64,000 nt of DNA from Parasitella parasitica NRRL 2501 (taxonomy: Eukaryota; Fungi; Mucoromycota), in the NCBI GenBank assembly GCA_025201805.1, contig MU619246.1, positions 335,067 to 399,066 of the forward strand, given 5' to 3'. Positions 1-12,200 of this stretch are shown piece by piece. The notes below the pieces were generated by a model. That model saw only the letters and a program-made list of their open reading frames with translations. It made no database searches and was not told where the DNA came from. Position numbers and translations under genes: made by a program. Within the stretch, counting starts at the first letter, position 1; each line of letters opens with the position of its first letter.

Positions 1-1
1 T

Positions 2-643
2 AATGACGGTATTAATGCTGCTGCAGGGCCTTTTAAATTATTCAGCGATATCGACAGCGATTTAAGCTTGAATTCGTTCTCTTATAACCTTCAGCCTCCC
101 CCTTCTTCTGTACAATATCAACAACAAACATCTCAACAACAGCAGCCAGAACAATTGGGCAGATCTCAGATACAGCCATACACTCAATCATCTACATCGA
201 CCACAAGAAACAGCCTCATGCCTCAAATGCTGCAACAGCAACAGCAACAGTCGCCTTATCCTATCAATTATACAAATGACGATGACTCCAAGCTAAACGG
301 GAATCAGCCTTCCAATGGTAGTTACCGCCAATTCATATCATCTATGAATTATCCAGACTCTTTTGGGCAAAGCTATCCTATTGACTCGGAGGCGTCCAGT
401 TTCACACCTACAACACCTGTTGGCCCACCACCACACAATTTGCAGCAAAATAGAAACTATTTTAATTGTGGAAACAGTGATATGATGGCATCAGTTGATA
501 ATGGCGTACCTGTTTCGAGCATTGACAATACTGATTCTTTTAATAACAGCATGATAAACCAACAGTACGCACAAGGAGGCTTTGATAGATCCTCTTTTTA
601 TAACGGTATGCCTTCTGGAGAAAGCTATAATGATAAAACTTGA
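2..643 (+). CDS. 3' end of a gene encoding a Q/S/N/P-rich low-complexity C-terminus (possibly a transcription factor); 5' part lies outside the window
   Basis: Frame is open from base 2 to TGA at 641-643, has polyQ tracts, and is followed by a CA/CT-microsatellite 3' UTR. No recognisable domain. Confidence 0.6.
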   Translation, partial: NDGINAAAGPFKLFSDIDSDLSLNSFSYNLQPPPSSVQYQQQTSQQQQPEQLGRSQIQPYTQSSTSTTRNSLMPQMLQQQQQQSPYPINYTNDDDSKLNGNQPSNGSYRQFISSMNYPDSFGQSYPIDSEASSFTPTTPVGPPPHNLQQNRNYFNCGNSDMMASVDNGVPVSSIDNTDSFNNSMINQQYAQGGFDRSSFYNGMPSGESYNDKT

Positions 644-1527
644 GACTTGGATACCTTTTTTCCTATTTTCACAAATATACATACCCCTAAAGCCTTTCTA
701 TAAAAACATTCCCCTCCCCTTTCACACACACACACACACACACACACGCACGCACGCAAAAAAAAACAAAAAAATATACATTTCACCCTCTCTCATAATA
801 TCATTCTCTAAAAATTCTATTGCTGTTAAATATTATATTTCTCTCTCTCTTTCTCTCTTTATAAATAGTATATATGCTTCTCTATTTTATATATATATCT
901 TATGAACTTTTTATCATTCTATTTTTGCATATGCCCAGCCGTCCGCTACTCGAGCTCGTGATCTCTAAGTCTATCACTACATGATTTTTGAATATATCGT
1001 GTTTGGATTGCAAAGTATACATGGAAAATATTGCCAGTATGTACGCTGATAAACTCGATGCTTCTGGTAATCCTGACCACTTTTTCATCACGAATCATGA
1101 ATCACAGATTAATAAATCAGAGCATATGTTTTTATCAACTGAATGACAGTCTATTTGTTCAATAGATTATCAGAAACTGATTTGGGTCTTTTGCCGTGTC
1201 TTTTTAAGGGTATCTAATTGTCAGATCAGTTTGATATTAGCAATGAACGACCGTGTATAATACATGACCAACAACTGAGCATGCACTGGCCATGCAAATG
1301 ATGCAAGATGTTGAAGGGAAAAAACTCCTGTGTGACATGCATGTCAATAAATCCACAATTTATGCAAAAAGTTTACTGGTTGGGATGTGCCATATCTCGG
1401 ATAAAAATGTCTCTTTTTTTTTTTTTTTTTTTTATTTTTTCTTTCTTTTCACTTCTTTCTTTTTTTCTCGGTTATAGCACCAAATACTCTCTTTTTTTTT
1501 GTTGTTGTATCCTAAACTTTTGATTTA

Positions 1528-4500
1528 ATGAAAGAGACTGGTAATAAATCATGGGCCTCAGCGATTCCTCGTGCGCAAGGCCTTTACAACCCAGATCTTG
1601 AAAAGGACGCATGCGGAGTAGGTTTCATCGTTCATGTTAAAGGCGATCGTTCGCACAAGATTGTCAGTGATGCCAACGATGTTCTATGCAACATGACCCA
1701 CCGCGGTGCCAGTGGTGCTGATATTAGGGATGGAGACGGCAGCGGTATTCTTACATGTAAGCTGACGACTACAATGCTGCAATTGGCTACCAGACTAACC
1801 AACTATGCCTAAAAAGCTATTCCTCATCAGTTCTTTGTCAATGAGACATCGCGAGAACTAGGCATCACTCTGCCCCAAGAGAGCCATTATGCTGTTGGCA
1901 ACTTGTTTATGAAAGATGTCGAGGAATGTCAACAAGTCTTTGAAAAATTAGCCGATGCATTGGGCTTGAAAATCCTTGGATGGCGTAAAGTGCCAGTGGA
2001 TCCAACTATTCTAGGCCCCAGCGCCAAAGCAAAGGAGCCTACCATTTTTCAACCCTTCATTGTGCTCAAGAATGCGGATGAGTTTGATGAAGGCTACTTT
2101 GGGCGCCAACTGTACGTACTGCGCAAGCACGCTACTCATACACTCACCATGAAAAAGTGGTTTTACATCTGCTCGTTGTCCAACAAGATCATCGTTTATA
2201 AGGGCCAATTGACTACAAAGCAGGTGTTTATGTACTACTACGACCTGGCCAATGTTCAATATACCTCTCATTTGGCTTTGGTGCACTCTCGCTTCTCTAC
2301 AAATACGTTCCCTTCATGGGATCGTGCTCAGCCTATGCGTTGGTCTGCACATAATGGCAAGCTTTTTTTTTGGGGGCGGGAGGGGGGAATTAATTGAGTT
2401 TACAATGTTCGTATTAGCTAATTTGTCTCCAATTTCTAGGCGAAATCAACACTTTACGTGGTAACAAGAATTGGATGAGATCGCGTGAAGGCGTCATGAC
2501 GTCTGACAAGTTTGGCGAGGAGCTGGATTTGTTGTATCCCATCATCGAAGAAGGCGGCTCTGATTCTGCTGCGTTTGACAACGTGCTGGAGCTGTTGGTT
2601 GTTAATGGTGTCTTGACCTTACCAGAGGCTGTCATGATGATGGTTCCCGAAGCCTGGCAGAACAAGCCTGATATGAATCCCAAGAAAAAGGCATTTTACG
2701 AATGGGCTGCCTCGTTGATGGAGCCCTGGGATGGTCCTGCTCTCTTTACCTTCTCTGACGGGCGCTATTGCGGTGCCTCTCTTGATCGTAACGGTCTGCG
2801 TCCTTGTCGTTTCTATTTGACATCGGATGACATTATGGTATGTGCTTCTGAGGTTGGCACTGTGTTTGTCGAGCCAGAAACAGTCGTACAAAAAGGTCGC
2901 CTTCAGCCAGGTCGAATGTTGCTTGTGGATACTGTCAAGGGCATTATTGTCGATGACACTCAACTCAAGCTTGAGACCGCCAACAAAAAGCCCTTTGTTG
3001 AGTGGGTCAAAAACAACAAGATCGATTTGCAAGACGTTGTGGCTGCTACGCAACACACGGTCAAGCCTATTCAGCTGGATGAAACTACCATCAGCACTGA
3101 CCCTCGTTTGAAGGCGTTTGGATATACACTGGAGCAATTCAACTTGCTAATGCTGCCCATGATTTCCAGTGGTAAAGAGCCTGTTGGTTCCATGGGTAAC
3201 GATACTGTTCTTGCTTGTTTGTCTGAACAGCCCCGTCTCTTGTACGAGTATTTCCGTCAACTCTTTGCTCAAGTGACAAACCCCCCAATCGATCCTATTC
3301 GTGAAGAAATCGTCATGTCGCTTGAATGCTATGTTGGCCCAGAGGGCAATATCCTTGAAATGGACGAGTCCCAGTGCCGCAAATTAACCTTGGCTTCCCC
3401 TATTTTAAAAATGCAAGAGCTGGAAGCTATCAGGTGCATGTCCAAGCTATTTTCCGATTGGAAAGTGGCTACTATTGATATTACATTCAGTAAGGCAGAT
3501 GGCGTGCAAGGCTATATTAACGCCCTGGAGCGTATTTGTGAGCAAGTGTCTCTTTCTATTGACCAAGGTTACAAGGTGGTTGTCTTGTCTGATCGTGCTG
3601 TTTCCCCTAGCAGAGTCTCCATCTCTTCTCTTATTGCTGTTGGCGGCGTTCATCATCACCTGGTTCGAAACAAGAAGCGTAGCAGGGTGTCCATCATGGT
3701 TGAAACTGCTGAAGCTAGAGAGGTGCATCATTTCTGTGTGCTTTTAGGCTATGGCGCTGATGCTATCTGTCCTTATCTTGCGATGGAGTCCATGATGAAG
3801 CTTCACCGCGAGCGTGCTGTTCGTGCTGAGCTTACTGTGGACAAACTCATTTACAATTACATAGATGCTGTAAATCATAGTATTTTAAAGGTCATGAGCA
3901 AAATGGGCATTTCTACCTTGGCCTCTTACAAGGGCGCCCAAATCTTTGAAGCACTTGGCGTCGATGACACTGTCATCAGCCGTTGTTTTGCTGGCACTGC
4001 CTCTCGTATTAAGGGCGCTACATTCGATATATTTGCACTGGACGCTCTCACCTTGCACGAGAGCGCCTGGCCCACACGTAACCTTGTTCAGCCTGTAGGT
4101 CTCCCAGAATCCGGTGAATATCACTGGCGTGATGGTGGCGAAGCACATATTGCCGAGCCTTCAGGCATTGCCAACTTGCAAGACGCTGTCCGTCGCAAAA
4201 ATCAAGATTCGTATGACGCCTATGCTAAAAATGCGCATTCTGCTATCAAGAAATGCACACTTCGTGGCATGCTTGAATTCAACTTTGAAGGCTGCAAGGA
4301 AATCCCCATCGAGCAAGTTGAGCCATGGGACGCCATTGTAAAGCGTTTTGTTACGGGTGCCATGTCTTACGGCTCCATATCTTGGGAGGCTCACACTGCA
4401 TTAGCTGCTGCCATGAATAAGCTGGGTGGTAAATCCAACACTGGAGAAGGCGGTGAAAAGCCGGAAAGATCCCAGAGAGAAATCGACGGTGTCACCCTTC

Positions 4501-7500
4501 GTTCTGCTATTAAACAAGTTGCTTCTGGTCGTTTTGGTGTTACAAGCTTCTATCTATCTGACGCAGATGAGCTGCAAATCAAAATGGCTCAGGGTGCGAA
4601 GCCTGGCGAAGGCGGTGAATTGGCAGGCCCAAAGGTGTCTGAGGAAATTGCAAGTACTCGTAAGACGACTCCTGGCATTGGGCTGATATCTCCACCTCCC
4701 CATCATGATATTTACTCGATTGAAGATTTGAAGCAATTGATCTACGACCTCAAATCTGCGAATCCTCGTGCTCGTATCTCCGTCAAGCTGGTGTCTGAAG
4801 TAGGCGTTGGCATTGTCGCTGCTGGCGTTGCCAAGGCAAAGGCCGACCATATTTTGATTGCGGGTCATGACGGCGGTACTGGCGCTTCACGCTGGACTGG
4901 TATCAAGTATGCTGGTCTTCCGTGGGAACTGGGCCTTGCAGAGACTCAGCAAACATTGGTACTGAATGATTTGCGTGGCCGTGTTATTGTTCAGACGGAT
5001 GGCCAAATCAAGACGGGCCGCGATGTTGCTATTGCTTGTTTGCTCGGCGCTGAAGAATGGGGGTTTGCTACCACTCCTCTTATTGCTCTTGGCTGCACCA
5101 TGATGAGAAAGTGTCATTTGGTAAGTTGAATGAACTTGGATGGCATCAAATTATAGATATTCATCCCTCTCGGTTATGATTTAGAACACATGTCCTGTTG
5201 GTGTTGCTACCCAAGACCCCGAGTTGCGCAAAAAGTTTGAAGGTAAACCTGAGCATGTTGTCAACTTCTTTTACTACGTTGCAGAGGAAGTACGTTCCAT
5301 CATGGCTAAACTTGGTCTCCGCACTATCAACGAGATGGTGGGACGTGCCGAGTATCTTAAAGTGGAGGAATCGCTTCGTACATTCAAGACTGCCAATATC
5401 GACCTAACCCCAGTGCTGACTCCTGCTAGCACCCTGCGTCCTGGTGCCGCTACCCACAATGTCAGTAAGCAAAAGCACAAGCTTCATGTGCGTCTTGACA
5501 ACTATTTCATTGATGAAGCTGAATCTGTATTTTCTGGTGCTGAGAGGACCGTCAACATTGATGCTCAAGTTGTAAACACTGACCGCGCTTTAGGCGCCAC
5601 TCTCTCATACAATGTTTCAAAGCGCTTTGGTGAAAAAGGCTTACCCGAAGACTCTATCCATGTGTCTCTCAAAGGCTCTGCTGGCCAGTCAATGGGTGCT
5701 TTCTTGGCTCCTGGCATATTTTTTGAGCTTGAAGGTGATTCCAACGACTATGTTGGTAAAGGTCTCTCTGGTGGTAAACTTGTAATATATCCTCCCAAGT
5801 GCAGTAAATTCAAGTCAGAGGAAAATGTCATTGTTGGTAACGTATGTCTTTATGGTGCTACTAGTGGCAAGGCCTTCTTTAGGGGTATTGCTGCTGAACG
5901 TTTCTGTGTTCGTAATTCTGGAGCAATCGCTGTTTGTGAAGGTGTTGGTGATCACGGCTGCGAATACATGACTGGTGGTCGTGTCGTTATCTTGGGTTCT
6001 ACCGGTCGTAACTTTGCTGCCGGTATGTCGGGCGGTATTGCTTATGTGTTGGATGTAAATGGTAACTTTCGCAACTTGGTTAATACTGAACTTGTATTTT
6101 TGGAATCTGTGAACGACGACGAACGTATTTCCGAGCTGCGTGATCTCATTGAAGATCATCGCCATTACACTGGTTCTGAAGTTGCTGATCGCATTCTCAA
6201 GAACTTCAATCACTACCTTACAAAGTTTGTTATGGTTATGCCCAGAGAATACGGCGAGTTATTGAAACGTGAGCGTCGAGCTCAGGCTGAACCCAATTAC
6301 GAAAAAAAGATGTGCGACGATGTGGCCCACACACACAAGAAGAAAGAACCTAATGTTGAAGATGTTGAGGATAGTGTTCTCACTGAGGAAGAAATCTTGA
6401 AGCGTCGTGAGAAACTCGACAAGCTGAGAGGTTTTATGAAATACAAGCGTAAAGCTGACCCTTATCGTGATACTAAAAAGCGGCTTGGTGACTGGAAGGA
6501 AGTCAATGTTCGGCTTACTCGTCCTCAACTCCATGAACAAGCTGCTCGTTGCATGGATTGTGGTGTCCCTTTCTGTCAATCCGACACGGGCTGCCCCATT
6601 GGTAACATTATTCCCAAATGGAATGAACTTGTTTACAAGGACAATTGGAAAGAGGCTCTCGATCGTCTTATGATGACTAACAATTTCCCCGAATTCACGG
6701 GTCGTGTTTGGTAAGTTGATCTTTTTATTTCATTTCTTATTTTGAAAACACCGTGTACTCGGCGTTGAGTTGACTGGTAGATCGACATTATTCAGGGGTA
6801 ATGTCCTTGACCTTGCTCAATTCTGCATCTTTTTTACAAAAATACTTGACTGATTTCTATTTTTAAAAAAACTACAGTCCTCAGCCTTGTGAGTCAGCTT
6901 GTACTTTGGGTAAGAGCTTGAATCACTTGATGGCTAAAAGACTAACACCATCGTTTCTGTGTACTTAGGCATTAATGAGCCACCTGTTGCTATCAAAAGT
7001 ATTGAATGCGCCATTATCGATTATGCTTTTGATAAAGGGTGGATTATCCCTAATCCTCCTGCTGTCCGTACTGGCAAGCATATATCTATTATTGGCTCTG
7101 GTCCTGCTGGCCTCGCTGCTGCCGATCAACTCAACAAGGCAGGTCATTTCGTCACCGTCTATGATCGTAACGATCGTATTGGCGGTTTATTAATGTATGG
7201 CATTCCCAACATGAAGCTCGACAAAGCAATTGTTCAACGCCGTGTTGACCTTTTAGCAGCTGAAGGTATCAAATTTGTTCCCAATGCTCATGTTGGCGTG
7301 GACGTGGATGTAAACCAAATCCGTGATCAAAGTGATGCTTTAATCGTTGCTACTGGTGCTACCTGGCCCAGAGACCTTCAAATTCCTGGCCGTGAAGCTG
7401 ATGGCATTCATTTTGCCATGGATTTCTTACAAACCAACACAAAGAGTTTGCTGGATTCAGGGTTAAAAGATGGCCATTATTTATCAGCTAAAGACAAGCA

Positions 7501-8146
7501 TGTTATTGTTATTGGTGGTGGTGATACCGGTAACGATTGTATTGGAACCTCGGTTCGCCATGGATGTAAATCTGTCGTCAACTTTGAGCTGCTTCCTCAG
7601 CCTCCCAATACTCGCTCTGACGACAATGCCTGGCCACAGTTCTCTCGCATTTTTCGTGTTGATTATGGTCACTCGGAAGTACGAACACACTTTGGAAAAG
7701 ATCCTCGAGAATATTGTGTCCTCTCCAAGGAATTTGTGGTTGAGAATGGCGTGGTCAAGGGTATTAAAACTGTTCGTGTTGAATGGACAAGGGGTGACAC
7801 TGGTCGCTGGTCAATGGCCGAGGTAGAAGGCTCGGAACAAGTATTCGAGGCTGATCTTATTCTTCTCTCAATGGGCTTCCTTGGCCCTGAAAATGCCATC
7901 ATAAAACAGTTACAAGTCAAGCAAGATGGTCGTTCCAATATCGAGACCTTGAAGGGTCGCTATGTGACATCCGTTGCTGGCGTCTACGCCGCTGGCGATT
8001 GCCGTCGTGGCCAATCTTTGATTGTATGGGGCATCAATGAAGGCCGCATGTGTGCTCGTGAGATTGACTCGCATTTCATGGGAAATACTTATTTGCCAGT
8101 AGCTGGTGGTATCAACAAGCGTATTGCTGTTCAAGTCTCTGCATAA
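1528..8146 (+). CDS. GLT1: NADH-dependent glutamate synthase (fused alpha+beta). Exons 1528-1756, 1817-2356, 2440-5120, 5185-6710, 6878-6909, 6969-8146
   Basis: EKDA|CGVGF N-terminal nucleophile site, [24 protein letters not shown] across a splice junction, [24 protein letters not shown] 3Fe-4S motif, [22 protein letters not shown] and GSGPAG. Splicing restores every motif in frame. Confidence 0.97.
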
Positions 8147-8505
8147 GTCATATCTGTACATTTTGAATAAACTAGTTGTGTTATAATGTAAATAAATAAA
8201 ATATTATTTCAAAGTTTATCCAGGATAGATGTATCATCGGTTGGGGGATATTGAATTGAAAAATAATGGGCTTGATCGGATCTAAATATGCTAAAGTTGT
8301 TCTAGTAGGATTTACAGGGCTATTTTTTTCAATAAGCATCAAAAGAAGCTACTTTTGGACATTGATCAAAACATTTATATGTGCAGCAGTTATTATTAAT
8401 GAAATCATAATTCTTCACAAGTTGGACCAATACTTTTATCTATTTAATTGTTCCATAATACTTGAAGTTTGGTTACATATGGCCTGAGACTTTCATCCGC
8501 CACAG

Positions 8506-8730
8506 TCGAAGCCTATTAGTGATTATATGCAATTCTGATATGAAGATCATCTGACAACTCTTTAGATATCAATAAAAAAAAAATATGGATACCAATGTTG
8601 TTGCCAAATAGCGCCAAGTCCACGCTAAGTTTTCCAAGCTAGATCTCAGTTCTACGGTCATTTTAGCAAAAGCTATGATAAATATTGAAAAAGTGAAATT
8701 GGTTTTGCAGACAACTTTTGATAAACACAT
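8506..8730. repeat. Dispersed repeat shared with 63785-63964
   Basis: Two blocks (GATTATATGCAATTCTGATATGA and ATGATAAATATTGAAAAA..AAATTGGTTTTGCAGA.AACTTTTGATA) occur at both sites. Confidence 0.8.
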
Positions 8731-9040
8731 GCTCGGATAGCTTGATGATCTTGCCTTGTTTTAATGAAGCACAAAACAGGTTTGACTTTGAACTCTACAA
8801 GTAAAGTAGTGGGATATGTCTTGATATAATTAAGATCTGTAGAGACTCATAGAAGTTTATTATATGATATCGAAAAGTACTCCTCTACTATTATCTTAGA
8901 GCTTCTTGGTATTTAGCGAGATCACGAAATTGCGATAAAGAAGATAGCCGAGTCAAGTATGGGAGCTTGGAAAAAAATCGACCTATTCAGCAGCAAAACC
9001 AATACAATGTATTTTATAATTACAGCAGTGTAAGCTATCT

Positions 9041-9074
<34 letters not shown>

Positions 9075-9262
9075 GATACACCGTGTAAAATGCTTATCAA
9101 ACAAAGTCTATCAACAAACTGTACGTACAATGTAAATATAGTGCAGTCGTTAAATAATTGCAAACTAGATTTATTCGGTTATATTAAGATATGCTATGGA
9201 TGATGTTTTATACAGATGGTTACAAAAGCATTGAAGAATTCGCATACAAAGTTCTTAAGTAA

Positions 9263-12200
9263 TTACAAATCAGCACCAGGTTGGCCTGGCCAAGCAGGCT
9301 GGTCTGAGCCATCAAATTCGCCATAAAAGCGATTTGATTCTACAACTTTATGTTGAGTGCCGCCAATAGGGGCATCGCATTCAGGACATTTGGATACTTC
9401 AGTTGCACCGCCGCAATCGCCGACGTAATAAGGATGTTGATTTTGACAGACAAACCATCGACCGCCCACCATGTTATGAATAGCATGAAGTCTAGTTTCA
9501 TCATTCATTGCGCTAATGATTTGCTCGCGTTCATGAGGCGTCAATTGCTGTCTCTCCTTTTCAAGGCGCATCTTGATCTTGTTGACCAGATTGATTTCAG
9601 TCTTGATGTATTGGTTATATCTGAGTGCTGTGTAGATTGTCTTTTGGCAAGAGGGACAGTCCCACACCTTGACAGCTGTATGCTCGCCGTTCTTTGCTTG
9701 GTTTTGAAAGTAATTGTCAAGGCCTTCAGATGAAAAGACTAGAATCAAATAAACAAACACGTTGAGACGGTGGTGCGCCCCCCTTTTTTTTTTTCAAGAT
9801 AATGAAACTTACCGCATCCACATTCAGGAAGCATGTAGACTTTTTCGTCCCTGTCAAATTCAGAGAGAGTACGTAAAGTAATCGAACATTGGAGATCACC
9901 GTTGCATTTGACGCAGGGAGGGCATGGCTCGCCACAAAGACCAGAGCATGTATGGCTGCAAGGAGATTAGTACCGAGTGCAATGTAACATGTGTGTTTTG
10001 TATACTCACGAGCAGTTCAGTAGCTTTTTACACGGTTTGTTGCAAGGTGGCCGATCACAGATTTCAAAGCATTTTTTGTTGCACTTGTAGTGTTTGCAGA
10101 CGTAAGGACATTCACTGATGCAGCGAATACAATCTCTGAAACATTCACGACTACACTTGTATCCATGAGAACAAACATAATTACACTTTTCGGTACAGCG
10201 TTCGGTATGATCGTCAGGGTTTCTACACCCTTTAGCGCATCTATGTCCACAAATCAACTGCTTGGAGCAGCTGGCTGTACATTCACTACGTCGATGGGAA
10301 TGATCTTCGCCACACTAATACAATAAATGTTGGGCAAATGTCGCACAAAAAGACACAAAGTAAGAAGAAAAAGAAAAGAAAGCTTACCATGTATTGGCAT
10401 TTATGACCACATTCCAATACGCCATCGCAGACATGTGTACAAATGGGCTCGACGCCACACTGACTCATGACAGTATGGCCACAGGGTAGCTTGATCTCAG
10501 TTTGGACTTGACATACCATCCTCTTTGCCCTTTTCAGCTGGCAACACTTTACCATCGTTTCATGCTTACATTTAAAAGTAAACGGCACCTGCTCTTGACA
10601 CTCTACGAGATCTAAATTCTGCAGCTCGTGACATATGCCTACATGATTATGCCCGCAGCTCAATTCCACAGTTGTTTCGACAGAACAAGGAGGGCAAAAG
10701 CCAGCCTTAAAGCATTCAAAGCACTTCTTTTTGCATGCGTGAGCACAGTTGGAGGGTCGTGGACGATTACAAGGCTCTTGACAGATAATTTGATCATGAC
10801 CGCCAAAGTGGCATTCCTCTTTACAGACATGTCCATCGCTCATTAGCGTGGCGCAAGGCTGCTGACAGCCACCATTCTTCATCTTCAAGAAATCTTGCCA
10901 TTGACCAGCAAACAAAAAGTCTCCGTGCGTGAAGCAAGTTAGTTGAATAGCAGGGCCAAACAGTTCTTTCTCCTTCATGAAACCGGCAAAATCATTCCAG
11001 CGGTAATGGACACGGTCCTTACCGGGCTTACCGATGATATACAGTCCGTATTTTGCACGAGTCAAGGCACGAGTAATGTTGTCGTAGCTGGATGCTGAGT
11101 GGCCAGGTGTAGCTGTAGAGACAATGGCAAAGTTGTTTTGACGACCAGTGTACTGCTCAACAGTGTCAAGGTCGATTTTGGCTATGTTTTTAGTGAAACA
11201 TGTGCGTTTGGGGATTTCCTCCCGCAGAAGGTGACGGATCAGGTACTTTTGCACAATAGATAGAGTCAAGATAGTGATGCCTGTGATTGTATACTGCTGC
11301 TGGCTTAGATAGACGGCGAGGCTTGCAACGTATCGAGCCTCATCCACCTCGGCATTGTTGACTTGAGAGTGCAGAAGCTTGGAGTAATAGTTGTCAACGG
11401 TTGTATCATTGCTCGCTTGATAGTCCACATAAAAGGCTCGTTGTGTAATGCCATACAACGCCTCCAGATTGGGGTTTTTGCCATCCACCATATTGTCGTT
11501 GTAGGTGATCATAGGCGCGGTAATAAGAGCTGAGGATTCCATGGTCTTTTTAGTGCTGTTGAACTTGTCGATGATGCTAGCAACATCAGAGTGCATGCGC
11601 CATTGCTCTTCCAAGAGAGTCATATCGCTGTTCGATCCCTTCCAACGCTCAAACAAAGAGACATCGAAATTACGAGGGTTACCGGCCAATTCAGGATTTG
11701 TAATTCGAGGCTTGAACAAGTTGTCGCTTGTCCCCAAAAGGACTAAATGCTCGGTTCGGGGGCCCAGAATAGTAGATACGATGGTTGATTCTAAAATTTC
11801 GGACGCTTCATCGACAATAACGCTACGAGGCCATAGCGTAGAAACCCAATCTCTGTTGGCAGCAGCAAAGTCTGCCGTCATACCAATAATGCGGTTGAAG
11901 CGACACAAATAGGTCCATTTCTGAATCAGCATTTCATCATAGGATTGTGCAGTCTTGAGCTGCTGCTGGAGCACGTCTTCAATTTCGTTATCAATAGCGG
12001 ATACAAGCACCTTGACCAGATTGTTGATCAGCTGACTTTTCATCTCGTCAGCAAGGCTCCAGACTTGGTCTGGGTGGACTCGTCGCCATACATGAAGAAT
12101 GGAGGAGCGAAGCTGCTCACCTGAAATAGCTGAACTCTCAAACGGCCACTTTGTAGCAGTGCTCAAAGACAAGATCTGTGGAGAGTTGGATGCAATATAG

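Noticed and set aside
980-1410. GATA(A) sites upstream of GLT1 as AreA-type nitrogen-control elements
   Set aside because: Plausible, but their density is not distinguishable from AT-rich background by eye.
6755-6830. tRNA-Sec-like look of the GLT1 intron core (TGGT, TTCA in a loop, CTCAATTC)
   Set aside because: No acceptor, D or T stems can be paired, and the loop is 8 nt rather than a 7-nt anticodon loop.
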